Shown piece by piece: positions 40,101-55,100 of a stretch of DNA of 64,000 nucleotides. The notes below the pieces were generated by a model, which worked only from the letters and a program-made list of their open reading frames with translations, was not told the origin of the DNA and searched no databases. This DNA comes from Botryllus schlosseri (lineage: Eukaryota): the NCBI GenBank assembly GCA_051294905.1, contig CM119371.1:9798001-9862000 (forward strand), given 5' to 3'. Made by a program: the position numbers and the translations under genes. Each line of letters begins with the position of its first letter. Within the stretch, counting starts at the first letter, position 1.

Positions 40101-43100
40101 CTATAGGGCAACTGGGGCATTGCCCCACCTAATATTCTGTTCAATAACAATTCTTTATCATTTATAGACGCACACCAATCTATATATACCGAAATCACAG
40201 CGAAAATCGTATTCTTCTTGTCCTTTCGCTTGTAAATGCCCATATATAGCGAAGTCTCTGCGAAAATCGAATTCTCTTCCGTGTTTTCGCTTGCGAATGC
40301 CTAGCCGGGGATGCCCCGGTAGCGCTCATAACAAGCTTTCACTGTCTATTCTCTCAAAGCCGCGCACAATAAAGAAACGGTGATTTACTCTCTCCTATTC
40401 GTAAAGTGGCCGAGCAACCGGGGCGAATATGCCTGGTCGCCCCTAAGGTGTGATGTAACAATCGTATCTATATGTGAACTCAATTACCGTAATATGCGTT
40501 TAGTCGACCTTTGCTGGTATAGGTCGATTTTGATGATGTTTCACACCATGAACACTCTTGAAATTTGGTATGTCATGTCGTGATGGTGGTATTTAACACT
40601 GCCCAAGTTTCAGGGTTTCTACTTAAAGTTTAGGGTAGTCATTCCGTTTCCGAAGTTGAGTTTGTGCTGATCCGTCATGCATCGCAAACAGATTTTACTC
40701 AAAAGCCGGTATTGGTATCCATTGATTTTGACGATGTTCAATACTGAGATCGATTATGAAATTTGGCACGGTAAGTTTTAATGTTGATATCGAACGCTGT
40801 ACCAAGTTTCAAGTTTGTCACTGAACTGTGTTAGTGGTAATTTCGTTTCCTAATTCGAATGAGAGCTGACTCGTCATTTATCGCTAACAGATTATACGCA
40901 AAGCTGGTATTGGTATCTATTGATTTTAACGATGCTCCTTACCTAGATCCGTCATCAGCTTTTGCACGGTTTGTCTTGATTTTAGTATCGAACGCTATGC
41001 CAAGTCTCAAGGTTGACACTCACTGATTAGGGCCGTAATTTCGTTATCAAGGTCGAGTATGGTAGAGATGTGCTCCGATCTGACATTTTAGCCTTCAACG
41101 CATTGCGGATTTCACGCAAAAGCCGTTTTATCTGCGGTAACGTTAACTGAGATGATAATATCATTCTCAGTTTGCATTCAAATATTTACTTTGATATTAT
41201 ATTCTCCAATGTCAATTTCACCGTGAAATTGTGGCCGTCAAGCCGTTTGCTAACAACCCCCTGTCGAGCGCGATAGCTATTTAGTTTTCGATGGCCGCCA
41301 ACAGCTGATCACTTGATCAGCCTATTCCTCAGTAAATTTTACGCAAAATTCGGTGTTGGTCTGTTCGCATTAATTTTGACAGCGTGCCATATCGAAAAGG
41401 GCAATGAGGCCACTTCTCGATGATGTCATGTAACAGTGTACTAAGTTTAAGGCTTTCATCCACGTATTTATTCCGTAATATATATTCCAAAGGCGATTTC
41501 GCAGCAGACCTATAGACAGTAATAAAGACTTATGTGTCGTGTTACAATCTCTAGTTTCAAGGCCAAAATCTTCTATGCTGTACCGAGACCTAAATTCTGA
41601 GGCTGCTATTCCTAGTTCGTCAGAATGATGATTTGGATTCAATGTGACAGGCCCAATCTATGAGATAACAATTGCGTATCTTTCCGAACTCGTTGACCTT
41701 TCCAATTAGACTTACACTATCTCTCGAGTTATAGTCATTTCCATTTCTGCAGATAATTAGTCAGGTCTAGTGCGAACATGAACCGTCTTGAATCTTTGTT
41801 CCGTACGCCGTTTACGCAGTTGCCATACTTCAAGTCACAGCTCACCGGCGGACCTCTCGTGGCACATACGTTAAAATCACTGTTGCCGAGAAATTCATGT
41901 TACCATACCATCATTTAGTTACTTGTTTACGTTAGAAAACGCCATTGTGACGTCATCTTGATAAAAAGTCGTGTGCAGCCCTTGCCCCACCACCCGATAT
42001 TGTCACGAGCCGCCACTGCCATGCAGTGGTAGTAGACGGTTAACTCATACAGGGCCATGATGGCATAATTGTTTTTTTTAACTTCGACAGAATCGTGTCC
42101 ATGCTGCAGAACAGAATCGTACAGAAAATACCGTTTCATCTTGCTGAATCGCATTGTACTGTATATGAATAATACTGTACTATTTGTAACTTTTTATGTG
42201 TCAATGTTTGTGTAACATGGCAATACAATATTTATTGATTTATTAGGCATCAAAATAATGTACAGTACAACTAACCAGAAGCAATAGTTTTGGGTGTTTG
42301 ATGGGCTCAGTGTCAATTACTGCAGCTCGGTAGCTGTAATTCAACCATTTCGCAACAGTACATTGATTTCAATGCGCTGTCTTCCAAGTGATTTTCGCCT
42401 AATTCGCACAACGCCGTTTCTCCGCTTGATTCGGCCAAAAGAGAGAGGAACCGAATTTTCCGAATTAAAGTGGAGTCGACTATCTTGATAATACGGGGTA
42501 GGCCGTGCTACAAGTCGGGAGGTGCGGGATCTAAAAATAAAGATTATCGGCCCAGTGTAAATGACCATTCTAGAAGATAAACACCATGAATACTACATGG
42601 GAATCCAGACTCTCTCAAAATCGCCAAGGAATGTGGAAATCGGCATTGTTACGTACAAATACATTGCGGTGAAGCAATGCAAGTCGAGTCACAAACTAAT
42701 GAGCCTTGCTTTTGTTGCCCTACCGACCTGGTAATCGCACTGTCATGAAATAATGCGCCATCGAGTGTGGATTTAGCGAACCAATAGTTTTCCATATCTA
42801 TCCACAATTGTTGATACGTTGCTTCTTCTTACGTACCGTGCAGAATCAGTCTACTTTTTGGACGTACTCAAGTCGTTTTCCACTAATTGTTGTACATACT
42901 CGAGTAAATCTAATTTGCCAATACTTTGAATTCGTAATATTTTTCGATTTACTTAGAATATTCGCTATTTTCAGATTGTCAAGTAGAAGTATTGTGTTCC
43001 TTCAATTGGAACGGTGTTTCTCAAACTTTTTTGGGCAGGCCCCTCTCGATGATAGTGAAAAATTTTACTCTTCGTTATCGTCATTTCTAAACCATAATCT

Positions 43101-46100
43101 TTGCAATCTCAACGCAATGTTTGGTGACATGCAGTGTTAGGTTGTCTATAGAAATGATGTTCGCGAAATTTGGTTCAATTCCAACCCGTGGAAGCGGAGT
43201 TACTGCCGTCGTGGATTAGGATTTGAATAAAATAGTATTTAGGGTGACCAATTCTTTATTTATTTATTATAGTGGTGCCCACCGTAAATACCATTTTATT
43301 GAAATCCAAATTTTTCGACATCAATAACTCCGCTTCCAGTGGTTGGAATTGAACCAAATTTGCTGTGTAGGCTTAAATTAGGTAACCTAACAATTTTATG
43401 GAGTAGTCGGTACGATTTGAGAAAAATAGTTATTTTTAATACCCCTAATATACACAGTGCGAAAATCAACAGTTGGAGGTAAATGGCTCCGAGCGCGGAA
43501 AAATGTCTAGTTGAATATTTTGTTATACGTAATCATGTGCAATGGTAGAACGTAACACGCATATATATATATATATATTGGTGCCTAATCCCATCCATTA
43601 CCCCACTCGAGCTTATTGCAAAAACGTACCTGACCATAAGTTAAATAACAACTCAATGGCATAGCTACATGCATTCACCAGTTACACTACATTCGGGGGC
43701 ATCTTCTGATCAGTGCGAGGTTCGATATCCGTTAAAATCTAGCATCCCTGTGTGGATGTTACGGTGCAATAATTACATTTGAATCAAAACATAATTAATA
43801 TTATTGCCATTGTTTAGACTTGGAAGTTTCAGCATAAATGAAACTCATCCCTAGTTCAGGAAACATCATTTCTCACAGGTGGCTTTGCGTTCCCCCTAAC
43901 ATGCTTTCACGCCCCCAAGGGGTCGCGCTACCCCGTTTGACAACCACTGAATCAGAGGAACGACAGGGATTTCGGGACTGTGTTCACGGAGTACCATCCG
44001 ATAATCTAATTTTCGCGAAAGTAAAGTTCAGCCCTGCATTTTCGTTGCGCTTAACTCAAAGTAGATAAGCAGTGACACGTATGTTTTCATGAAAGAATCA
44101 GTGAATATAATTTGGGTAACGGGTTTGCGCGGTCGTCCAAATGACATGTTTCATCGCAGAAAAAATGGCTCATCAAAATGTTGGGAACTACCGTTAGGCA
44201 ATATAACATCTATTTATCCAATCGTAGGCATTGCGGCGTGTCCTAATCTAGAAAAGTGGTCTTTGAATTTCTTCATCGTTATATCTGTTTTAGCAGACCC
44301 ACCATCGTAGCTTTCTTGACAAAAGGCATGAAATGTATTTCTCGCTATTCAGAAAGAGTATTTTTATTTCTCTTTCATTTCGCAGTATCATTGATTAGTA
44401 CGACCTATCAGATATAACTTCTACGTATTACCCTTGGTCTGAATTACGTGTCTTATATTACGGGGGAGGCCGTTGGAGTGACATGACATTTTCTGAGTAA
44501 ACAAAAGATTATAATCGCTTTTTCATAGCAACACTATCATTTACATCCCATGATGCAGTCAAAAGCCTATGCCAGGGGTCACCAACACGCGGCCCGCCAA
44601 GTCATATTCTGCGGCCCGCAGTGATTTGAGATTTCGGAAGAAAGCTAAGAAAACCAATTTGAAATGCTGAAATTGACTACTGTCTCTACATGTTTTTGTG
44701 TTGTTTCAAAATAAGCTATCCTCCTGTGCCCAACATCAATATTTGACACTAGCTAAAACGGCTTTGGTGATGGAAACAGCATTCCATCGAGGGATAATCG
44801 GCTGTTATGAATGGACATATTGCCTTGACTTGCAATGGCACAAACACTGCCAAGACCAAGACGCTTAGAAAACGGCTCAGGTCAGTGGTTCCCAAACTTG
44901 GGAGCGCGCGCTCCTTGTGGGGGCGCGAAAGCAACTGAAGGGGAGGCGGAGCTGCGCTCAACTGAAAAATGTTTGCGCTTCACGCGATTTACCTCGAATT
45001 AATAGTTATTACTCTGTGTATGGTCCGGAGTTCACTATAGAACTCTCTCACCAACAGTCATAACCTTCCATGTCACCAAATTAGCCGTTGGGATTGCTAG
45101 CTTTCTGGTTGCGTTTTGTGATATGACGATTTTTCAGTATCATAAAGGGGGGCGTGTCCAAAATATTTTGAAAACCACTGGCCTAGGGTTTTCTCACAAG
45201 ATCAACCGTTACGTGGAGACGGTCTTCCATATAGTAACGGATTTCACTAGTCCCAATATCGCCTCCTTAGTCGCAAAAAAGCGTTTCCACGTATCGTGTA
45301 CAGCTCACAGTTCGAAATAGCTCACCGTCATACTGACGTATAGAGTTTTCGAACGAAGTTGCCTATTTTACATCGATATGGAATGCAGCCTGCGGCCTCT
45401 ACTAAATTTGAAAAGTGGCCGCGACCCGTTTTGAGTTGGCGACCCCTGGCCTATGCTGTCGAAAATTAATGACTCCTCCGATGCATCAATAGAAATCAAG
45501 CTCCACACTAGTGTTTCTCAACCTTTTTGACTTCGCTGACCCCTTTCGGACCGTCACGGACCCCCACGGACTCCCACGAAGTTTCAGTTCAAATTTAGCT
45601 CAATTATCGTGCAATCACCATCTGTCTCGTGCAAATAATAACTGTAGGATTAGTAATAAACAGCCACAGAATGGTTTTTCATGAGAATAATATCATACTA
45701 TTCATGTAGAAATTGGGTTGACTTCTATTATTTCAAAGTAAATTCTGCAACTGCACTTTTTGAAATACGTGGTGGTGTCTTGAAAATTCGCTTCTTCCAT
45801 TTGATATGAACGAGTGCCGAAAATCAATTTCCTCAAATATAGGTGGTGACGAATGTAATATTAACGCGTAACGCTTCCGACGACACATTTGAGTATGATC
45901 GCGACAAATAAGGCACCGAAATTGACAAACATATTATCTTATTGAACATATAACGTCAAGCCTGATCATGTCTATCTGGCAGCTTATCTTGAAGTTTTTA
46001 TGGAAAAAATGGTTTTGTATATCGCAGGAGAAAATGTTTTTTTGTAATGTCATCATGATTGACCGTAGTCAGCCGATTTTTTTTCTTTACAATCCCCAAT

Positions 46101-49100
46101 AAAACATCTCTAAACTGCAACATGTTTGTATCCCTAGGCCATTGACAATTTAGCAATGAAAATGAGTGTGCACGCTAGGATTTTTTTTTTATCTCAGATG
46201 GCCGTTCTGTTGATGTGAACTCTGGAGTTTAGCTAGTAATGAAGCGAAACTCCCTCGCGATATTCCGAATTGAAATAAAATACAAATTAGGTAATCAAAA
46301 TGTTTGTATCAGTAGGATATTGACAATTTAGCCATTAAAATGAGTCCGCACGGTAGGATTTTTTTTTGTTATCTCAGATGGCCATTCTGTTTATGTGAGC
46401 TTTGTAGTTTCCCTAGTAGTGAAGCAAAACTGGCTCGCGATATTCCGAATTGAAACAAAATACAAATTAGGTTATCAAAATGTTTGTATCAATAGGATAT
46501 TGACAATTAAGCAATGAAAATGAGTCTGCACGTTAGGATTTTTTTTAATCTTAGATGGTCATTCTGTTGATGTGAGCTTTGTAGTTTCACTAGTAATGAA
46601 GCGAAACTGCTTCGCGATATTCCGAATTGAAACGAAATACAAATTAGGTTATCAAAATGTTTGTATCAGTCGGATATTGACAATTTAGCAATTAAAATGA
46701 GTCTGCACAGTAGGATTTTTTTTTATCTCAGATGGCCATTCTGTTGATGTGAGCTCTGGAGTTTCACTAGTCATGAAGCGAAACTGCCTCGTGATATCCC
46801 GAATTAAAAAAAAAAATCGGTTATCAACTATTTTGAGGCTTCGCGGACCCTTCGAAACTGCTTTACGGACCCTCGCTTGCGAACTACTGCTCTACACCTT
46901 CCGTATAACTCAATTTGCAGCTTTTGGGTGTTCCTGCGAATGTATTATGACTGTTTTCGGAACTGCCTAAATAGCCTACTTACTCGAGTAGATTTTAAGG
47001 CCAGCTAATTCTACTTCTACTTGAACTAGTTTCCGTTTGATTTTAAAAGTACTACATCTACTAGTACTTTAGTAGATTTTAGCGTTGCTTCTTCTATTTC
47101 TACTTGAGATTCTTTCCTCACTACTTTGACCACCTCTGGTAGCGTGGGTGTGAAGAGTGCTAATGTGATACGAAACAAGTCGTCATCTCATTTAGCCAAC
47201 ATTTCAAGGTTTTATATAATAACCACGGTATGTAACTTCCGAATAGTCAATCTCAACGCTCTCGCTAATGAAAGAGTGATCGAGATTATTGACAATGTCA
47301 TTAATTTTACGTCCTCGAACTCGAGCCTAGAATACACATTCGAAGGTAATGAACGATAGGGAGGTTTCATCAAATACATTAAATAATTTCAACTTTATCG
47401 TGCTGTCATTTAAATTAACATTCGTGAATCATTATTCGATTTTTGCGAGCACCCGATAACGGTCGATTATGTACATGTCGCGATAACGGATCAAACGGCC
47501 AATTTCCGGAAATCATGGGTCATTCTGATTAGCATCATTAGAAAACACCGGCGGTGTCCATTCTTTAATCAGAGATAACCAGAGTAGATGAAGCTACATT
47601 GCATGAGGAACGACATGACGTAACACGGCCCCGAGAAGCTATATCTTTGTGAATTATAATTATGCAATGATCAAAATCGATATAGTGTGATGGTAATCAG
47701 AACGATATGAATTAAGCGAGAGGGAGTCTTATTTTTATCCAACTGGAAGTTGGAAGCAAAGCGCAAGTAATGATTTCTGGGTTCAGCAAATTCATTTAAA
47801 TGCTCTTGTAGCCTAACTGCTAGAATTTCAGTCTACGATTTTTAGATTCTTGACATAGATTGCGCAGTAAACGTTTCGATATGTAACGCTGGATCGCTTC
47901 CGCAAACCTTCGTTTTTATTTTTTTGTACATTAGAATAATTATCATTAATATTATTCTCATTCTTATACCCACCGTTGACAACTTTTTGCCTCAAAAAAT
48001 GTCTAGACCAGGGTGGTCAAGTCTGTGTCGCAATTTGCGATTGAAACAGACACCTTCCGGTGAATGGTTTTCGGGGGTAGACCTTTACAATCGCGAAAAT
48101 GTTTCAAAAAAGTTGCATAAATATTCAAAAACTACATTTACGTCAATTCACGAAATTATCGTCTTCGGTTAAACAGTTTTATCACTTAGATATAGATCAG
48201 AAGCGGGCAACCTTCCCTGAAAGTGAAATTCCAGTCTGAAAGTATTGTAAAATTTTATGAGTCACAGAATGAATCCCAGTTTGTCAAGATGAGAAAAACA
48301 GTCATGGCACTATTGGTTCTGTTCGTGTCTAAATACATTCGCGGGCAAACAATTTCGACCGTTAACATTAGCAAGACAAGAATGCATGCCAACATAACTG
48401 ATGTTCACGTGCAGTCTTTACCAAGGGTTTCTGCGACACGCAGCCAAAGTTAAAAGAACTTGTTGACAACTTTGATCGACCACAGATGTCTGATTGAATT
48501 AAACAGCTATTGCAGTAGACATTAGGTTAACAAATTTATCAAATACTGTTCTTCCGTCTCTATGCTTTAAACCTATAGTTCACAATAATACGGTTTATTT
48601 CTTACATAGGCTCTCTCTTCCGAAATTTCATGCTGGTGACGTCATATTTTCGATACGATTGTTGATATACAATGTTCTTTCCAAATCTCTACTAGTTGCT
48701 AACGATTGCCCCTAACGAGTGTCAGCCGAAAATATTCGGGTTTATTTCAATATGAATATACTTGTCAATTGTATATTGAAGTTCTGTACCTCAAAGAAGC
48801 TCTTTATATAGGAGGATAAATGCGCGATTAATGTATCGATTCTGTATTCTGGCCCACTAAGTACTTCAACTTCCCATATCAGGCTCGCCGACCGGGGAAG
48901 TTGCCCACCCGTGGTATAGATCATTGGTACGGAATGGGTGTTCTGATGATGATGACCACCGACTGTTAAAATGCTGTATAGCGATGTAGTCCTGATTAAA
49001 GATATTTTTGATTCGTTTATGACAGTGGTCGGAAGCTCTTTTCGTCGAAGGAGCCATATTTACGCTATATTCTCAATTGTCAATGCCAATATACTTTGAC

Positions 49101-52100
49101 GTCTTTATTATTTATTTGTGATGTCATGGCTAAAATAATAAACAAGAATCAATTTGAAACAAACTGATTTTTGTTTTGAATGTAACCCTAAAGACCACCC
49201 CAAATACCACACATTTTCGTATTCCATACAGAAATTTCGTTACATCCCATAGATTACTTCCATAACATGTCATTCCATACTACACTATATATGCCCTGCT
49301 GGTGAAAGTAGAGAAAAAAGAATACTTACGTCACATTCCTTCCGTAGGTCGCATAGCCAGACCACCTGGTGCTCCTGATATACACCTTCATAAATAAATA
49401 ATGACTTCATTTCACATAAATTAAAGTTTTAGTCCTACACATATATACTTATAATTTTTAATCACGATGTTTCTTTCTTCTATGGTTATGATAACAAGAA
49501 TAAGGTGATATCGTTAAAATATAATAATCAGTTAACTATGATTGTCATAAAATTCTTTAAATCAACTATATTTTGGCATTTTTCACGAAGACAATAGGAC
49601 AATATTACTCAGTGCTCTATTGCAGTGTTTGTTGTTGTCACGGTGTTTGTCGACTACAATGGTCATTTACACCAGGCCGACATTCCCTATTTTTATTACG
49701 TAGTTGCCGACTTGTATCACGGCCAACTTCTGGGCTTTTTGAAGACATCGCTTACTCGGATCATATAGCGAGAAGTAGCCTAGGTAAGCCTCCCACACTT
49801 CAGCAGGAATTCTAAAATCGACCGTGCAATGATTCTCAACTTTTTTCGTTTTGTGACCCGGTAAAATTCGAAAAAATATTTTGTGGACCGGTGGACTTTC
49901 AAAAATTGAAATCGACCAAAAATATAAAGTATGCAACCGTTTTTCTGCATATATATGGTGCTGAAAAGTGACATTTTTAGAGTTTTGGTCGTAATTAATT
50001 ACGTTTATGATGGCATCCATGTGATTTTGCAGTAGTGTGTCTGCTGAGTCGACCGCCGGGATTCGTTTACAGTCTTTCGCGCCGTGGATTTAACCGACCA
50101 CGCTAACTCGAATAATATTCTTTTCTTTGACAATATCGGGAGAAGAAGCGTTTCGGAGTAGAACCAAACACTTTATCGCGCTACCTCTCGCATTGGTCAC
50201 TATCACCAAACGTAGGCTATAATCGGGCTACTACGAATACATGGTAGGCAACGGCACGAAAACGCCTGACAACAGCTATACCCGGAAATCCACAAAATCA
50301 GCGCCGAAAGGGCACTTCGGCAGCCCCCACCCCCAAAAAAACGATGATCTCTGGCCCACCACAGTTGGATGAGGGCACTTCCTGCACGATAAAAAACGCA
50401 AGTTAGTGACTATGGCGACCACGAATACCGCAACGTAAGCAACAACGTACATCAGCAAACCAAGAGGCGACGCTCAATCAACATATATAACGAACAGAGC
50501 ACGGGGCGCCTGATCAACTGATGACAATAATCCCTACACTAAACCCTGCAGATTACTGTAGTAACAGTACAGAATACCAGGACAGCGAGACTCGGTGCCA
50601 GCCGTTTAGGCCCCTGTGGACAATTAAAAATGAATATATCGGTGTTTTCGGTCATCAAAGGCTCGTCCTTTTTGAACAAGGTTTATTCGCTGCTGAAATT
50701 TCAGCACACTTTTCGGAGTCCCATGTAAGCTGAAACCTAATTATGTATCTGTCCGTCGTGGTGCGATAATCGTTGATGCCAAAATGCCTATTGTAAGAAA
50801 TCATGCGTATTTCACGGGGAAGGGGCGCCCAATGATCAAAACAATGAGTTATGGCAAATCGCGCAATGCGCGAAAAAATGAAATAAGTTGACTATCATTC
50901 AAAAGATGCATCATAATTTATTTTCATTCACAAAATAATTGTCGGCTTCATTAAAGATCGGCCACCCTCACTTGGTGATATATCTGGGGGAGGCACTGAT
51001 TACGAATATGACCTTAGTTTTTTTCAAATTAGCTCTTGTTTTGGATATAACCATTGGGGCTATATTGATCAAAATCCCCCATTTTTGCTATAATAGCTAG
51101 ATAGAAAAGCGGTTTAGTCGTACTATGAAATTTAGACATTCAATCTACTTGTTATTTTTACACACAGTAGACTATTTTGAATCAAAATACAGCAACAGCA
51201 CTATATAGGGGTATTAGATTTATCATAGTTATAGACTTTCACGGATCATATAGGCTACTTAAAAAAAAACTCCAGTCATATATATAAGTTTTTACCTATA
51301 GATACTCAAATACCGTGGCAATTATTCAATCAGTTTAACGTTAACCACCTATTATAAATTGGAAATAATCAGTTGGAATATAACATTATTAAATTATATT
51401 GAAGCACAATTGTTTTCCGTACGATTTTCGCTTGTAAGCAATTTAGTTCAGTTTCTCAAAAGGTTCCAGCAATGGTCTGCCATAATATGCTCATCTCAAC
51501 TGCCCTGGTAACTTTCTTTTGATGTTTTGATGACTTGGCGGAACCTCTTCTCTTCTTAATAAACAATAAATTCGGGAAATATATCAAGATGACTGAACAA
51601 GAATTGAACTTTTATGCCATGTTTGTTCCAAGTTCTCCATGTGCAGCTACGAATGTTCGGACCAACTATTTGTAATTGGGTGCTTTGTAGTCATCTAAAA
51701 AGTTTTCTTTGCTACATCTTAGGAGATATTCAATGTAGTGAACTACCTATTCGAATCGGTAATCCATCAAAGATACCAGATTTGGGCTTCTCGTTTGATA
51801 GGTATACTAGGAATCAGGGCTGTGGAGTCGGTAAATTTTACCAACGACTCCGGCTCCGACTCCGACTACACACATTTTCAATATACCGACTTCGACTCCG
51901 ACTCCGACTCCTGGGTCTTTAAACGTTCCGACTTTGACTCTGACTCCCGACTCCGACTCCAGCATTATTACCAATTTACTTCATTGTCGGTTGAATGACT
52001 ATCATACAACCATTAAACATATGCAAACATATGATAAACGGTGATATGCTAAATTTTTTCATTGTGGCTCAGGTCGAATTATCCACTATGCAATTAACAT

Positions 52101-55100
52101 GAAAGAACGATTTGGTAGATATCCTTCCTTTTTGAAGTTTTTATAACATGGACTCTATAATATCCGGAAGTTTATGAATCATTCAAATATGGCAGCTATC
52201 CAATCCGGTATAATAAAAATATAGATAAAAAATCCAAGTGCAGCTCTTGTGTATGAGTCAGCAACTAATAAAGAGATTGAACCTACTAATTTTGTCATTG
52301 CACACTATACTGATTACAGGCACACACACTCTTACTACTAATAGGCATTGGACATAAATGGAATTTAGTTAAGTGGCCCAAGACCATAGCCTATGTCTAG
52401 TATACATGTACTTAATCAAGTATTTAAGGATTTGGACTTGCAGTCTTTCTTAATGATTTGTTCGACCCAAACAGCTAAGCTACACTACAAATATTTTTAA
52501 TTTTGTCCAATGTAAAGCATCGTTTGGTCAAATTCTCATCATTTTTACAATTTTACTTAACCAGTCGATGCATTTGCTCTGTCACAGTATCACGGTATAA
52601 TTCCAAAAATTGCATCAATTTTGACTGCATCGTGAAAACGCATATTGCGATTTTCTTCCCCTGTACAACTGAGTTGTAATTTGCAAGTAATGTCTAATTT
52701 TATCTATGTCAGAGATGGGCAACTTTTTCGGCCAAAGGGACACATGAGATTAACAAACCATTGCGCGGGCAGCTGGAATGTTGGTAACCTATTTTTAGTC
52801 GTCCGATAGGAGCGAACCGAATTAGGTAACAATACTTATATTAATACGCTCTAAATTTGATAACAATATGTCATGCAACTTTGCAGTGCGCAATCAGGCC
52901 CTGGTCGCGCAAAGCGCGAAATTTTTTTGCAAGATTCGCAAGACTGAATTATATCAATAAATATGTTGCTACCATACATTGGGGGTCGCATCTGGGCTCA
53001 TTTGGCAAGGACAGCATTATTCGACGTTTAGACATAGCAAAATTGACGGTATCAGTGAACATGCCTCTATCATTTTGTGCAAATGTTTTGTCGAAGATCT
53101 CGCTGCGAGTGCACAAGCGAAGCCGCATGTTGGACGACACGTTATCTCCTAATTGCGAATATAGTTAGACTCAATTCTGTGAATAATATGTATTTATAAT
53201 TTTCAGTAGGACTCTCAAATACTGAATGCAAGAAATCTAGTGACAATGAATCATGAGAAGTACCGAGAAAAATTTCAAGTCAAATAAATCAGCTTTGAAA
53301 TATTATACTTTATGGTCATATACGAAGATCTGGGATTAATGTGGCTGTCCCCTGGATACGTCAATGCGTCAGAACTATTGTTTTAGTCATCACCAAATTT
53401 CGCGGTCATGCTAATCAAATTTTGGTTGGCCTTGCAATTGCACCTGATGTCATAAATAATTTCGATAATTACCTCGCAGGCCACACCTATCCTTCTCGTG
53501 TGCCAAATTTGACCTGCGTGCCGCGGGATGGCCGCACCTGATCTGTATGGTTATTAATAACAGGGATTGGTGGTACATAAAAATTATATTGAAAATTCTT
53601 TGAAAGCAAATGCTTTCATGATAGAGAAGTCGCAGTCGGAGTCGAAGTCAGGGTCATTCTCACAAACTCCGACTCCGACTTCAGTCAGTATTTTCCCCAC
53701 GACTCCGACTCCAGCTATTATAGTTTCCACGACTCCGACTCCGACTCCATCAAGCTAAAATTACCCAGACTCCGACTAGGAATCCCTGCTAGGGATAGTC
53801 ATTCCTGCTAGGAATACCCACTTTGTTGACTCGGCGGTAAATTATCCATTTACAAGAAATGAGACGCATATAAGTATTGTAGTTAAGCTTTTCAAGGACA
53901 CATGCTACTCCTCTTTAATCTTGGTAGAATGACCAATTGATACAGTAGAATATGTGTTTCCGTTGTGCAAAAGTACATTTTTTCGGCTTGACAAACAGCT
54001 TTTTGACAAACAAATATTTCGCTTATTTGAGGGACAAAGGTGGCAATAGTGATTTCAATGAATGATAACTCAAGACCAGATTTGTTCCAGTTCATTTGAA
54101 TGACTTCTCGATTGAGTAAAAATGCCACTTATAGCCATTCAAGTGAAAGTTCGATTTAGAGCAGTGGTTCTTAACCTTTTTCACTCCAGCACATCCTTTC
54201 AACAATTGCATGGGCCTGGCGACCCCCTATTTTAGGGACTTTAGTGAAAAAATGGGAATATGGTCGAAGTCCAGTAGTTTTTTTCGGGTTGAGACTTTGC
54301 TATTGGAAATATTTCGCGCTTGAATCGTGCCCGAGGACCACTCGAGTAATTAACGATATAATACTTGTATATGTGCTATACTCGGGATCAAATAAAGATT
54401 GTAATTTATAAGGACGACCGGGTAGGTAGGCCTACCTGTTCATACCATACCATACGATCTACACATCCCGATTTCACATCTGCGATTGGCAATATACGGG
54501 AAGGTATTTGTATTGGTTTTAGTTTTATCGCTTCGTGTTATTAGTAAATCGACTGAGAATGTGACAGAGATCATTTCTCATTGGCTTGATAGCTTCAAAT
54601 CTTCTTTAATGTACAAAGGGCATCACTCCCGAAAGGAGTACAGCAGTACCTCTTCGATTTTGACGCGATATGCGCTGCAGTGTATACAATTAGTATAGTT
54701 GGAAACATTTTGTAGGGAATAATCCGAGCTAGCTTGACGGAAGTGTTTTGACGGAGAATTGGCTATCCAAAAGTACGCGCAATTAACATTACATCAATTA
54801 TAACAAACCACTGCATTCATGGAGTCAGGGTATGAATAAATTTCGCGCAGAGCAAGACGAAAAATTTCGAGATTTGACTGATTTTGTCTAATGTTAATTT
54901 GTAATGAGAATTCAGGGAAATAGAGAACTCTTGTTCTACTACATAAACATAAGACTCTACTACACCATGTTCTGCTACGTTATTTCTCTTCAGCACCCCC
55001 CATACAGCCCCCCTGAGCCCAGCGTCCCGCATATTGCCCCCTTGGCGTTTCCGACCCCTTTAAAATCCAAATCACCCCCTGGGTGACGCTGGAGACAAGG

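Noticed and set aside
41370..41746. Exon-like segments (IGPVTLNPNHHSDEL...; a 31-nt piece with a GTAAGT donor) as part of the lectin gene
   Set aside because: They lie inside the TSD-bounded element 40086-42018, are absent from the duplicate copy, and are not needed for phase continuity.
50100..50600. GC-richer, AC-rich stretch at the right edge of the duplication homology
   Set aside because: No convincing ORF, splice pattern or termini; probably an unrecognised TE fragment.
51840..51960. RLRLRL / DSDSDS low-complexity ORFs
   Set aside because: Translations of (gactcc)n hAT subterminal repeats.
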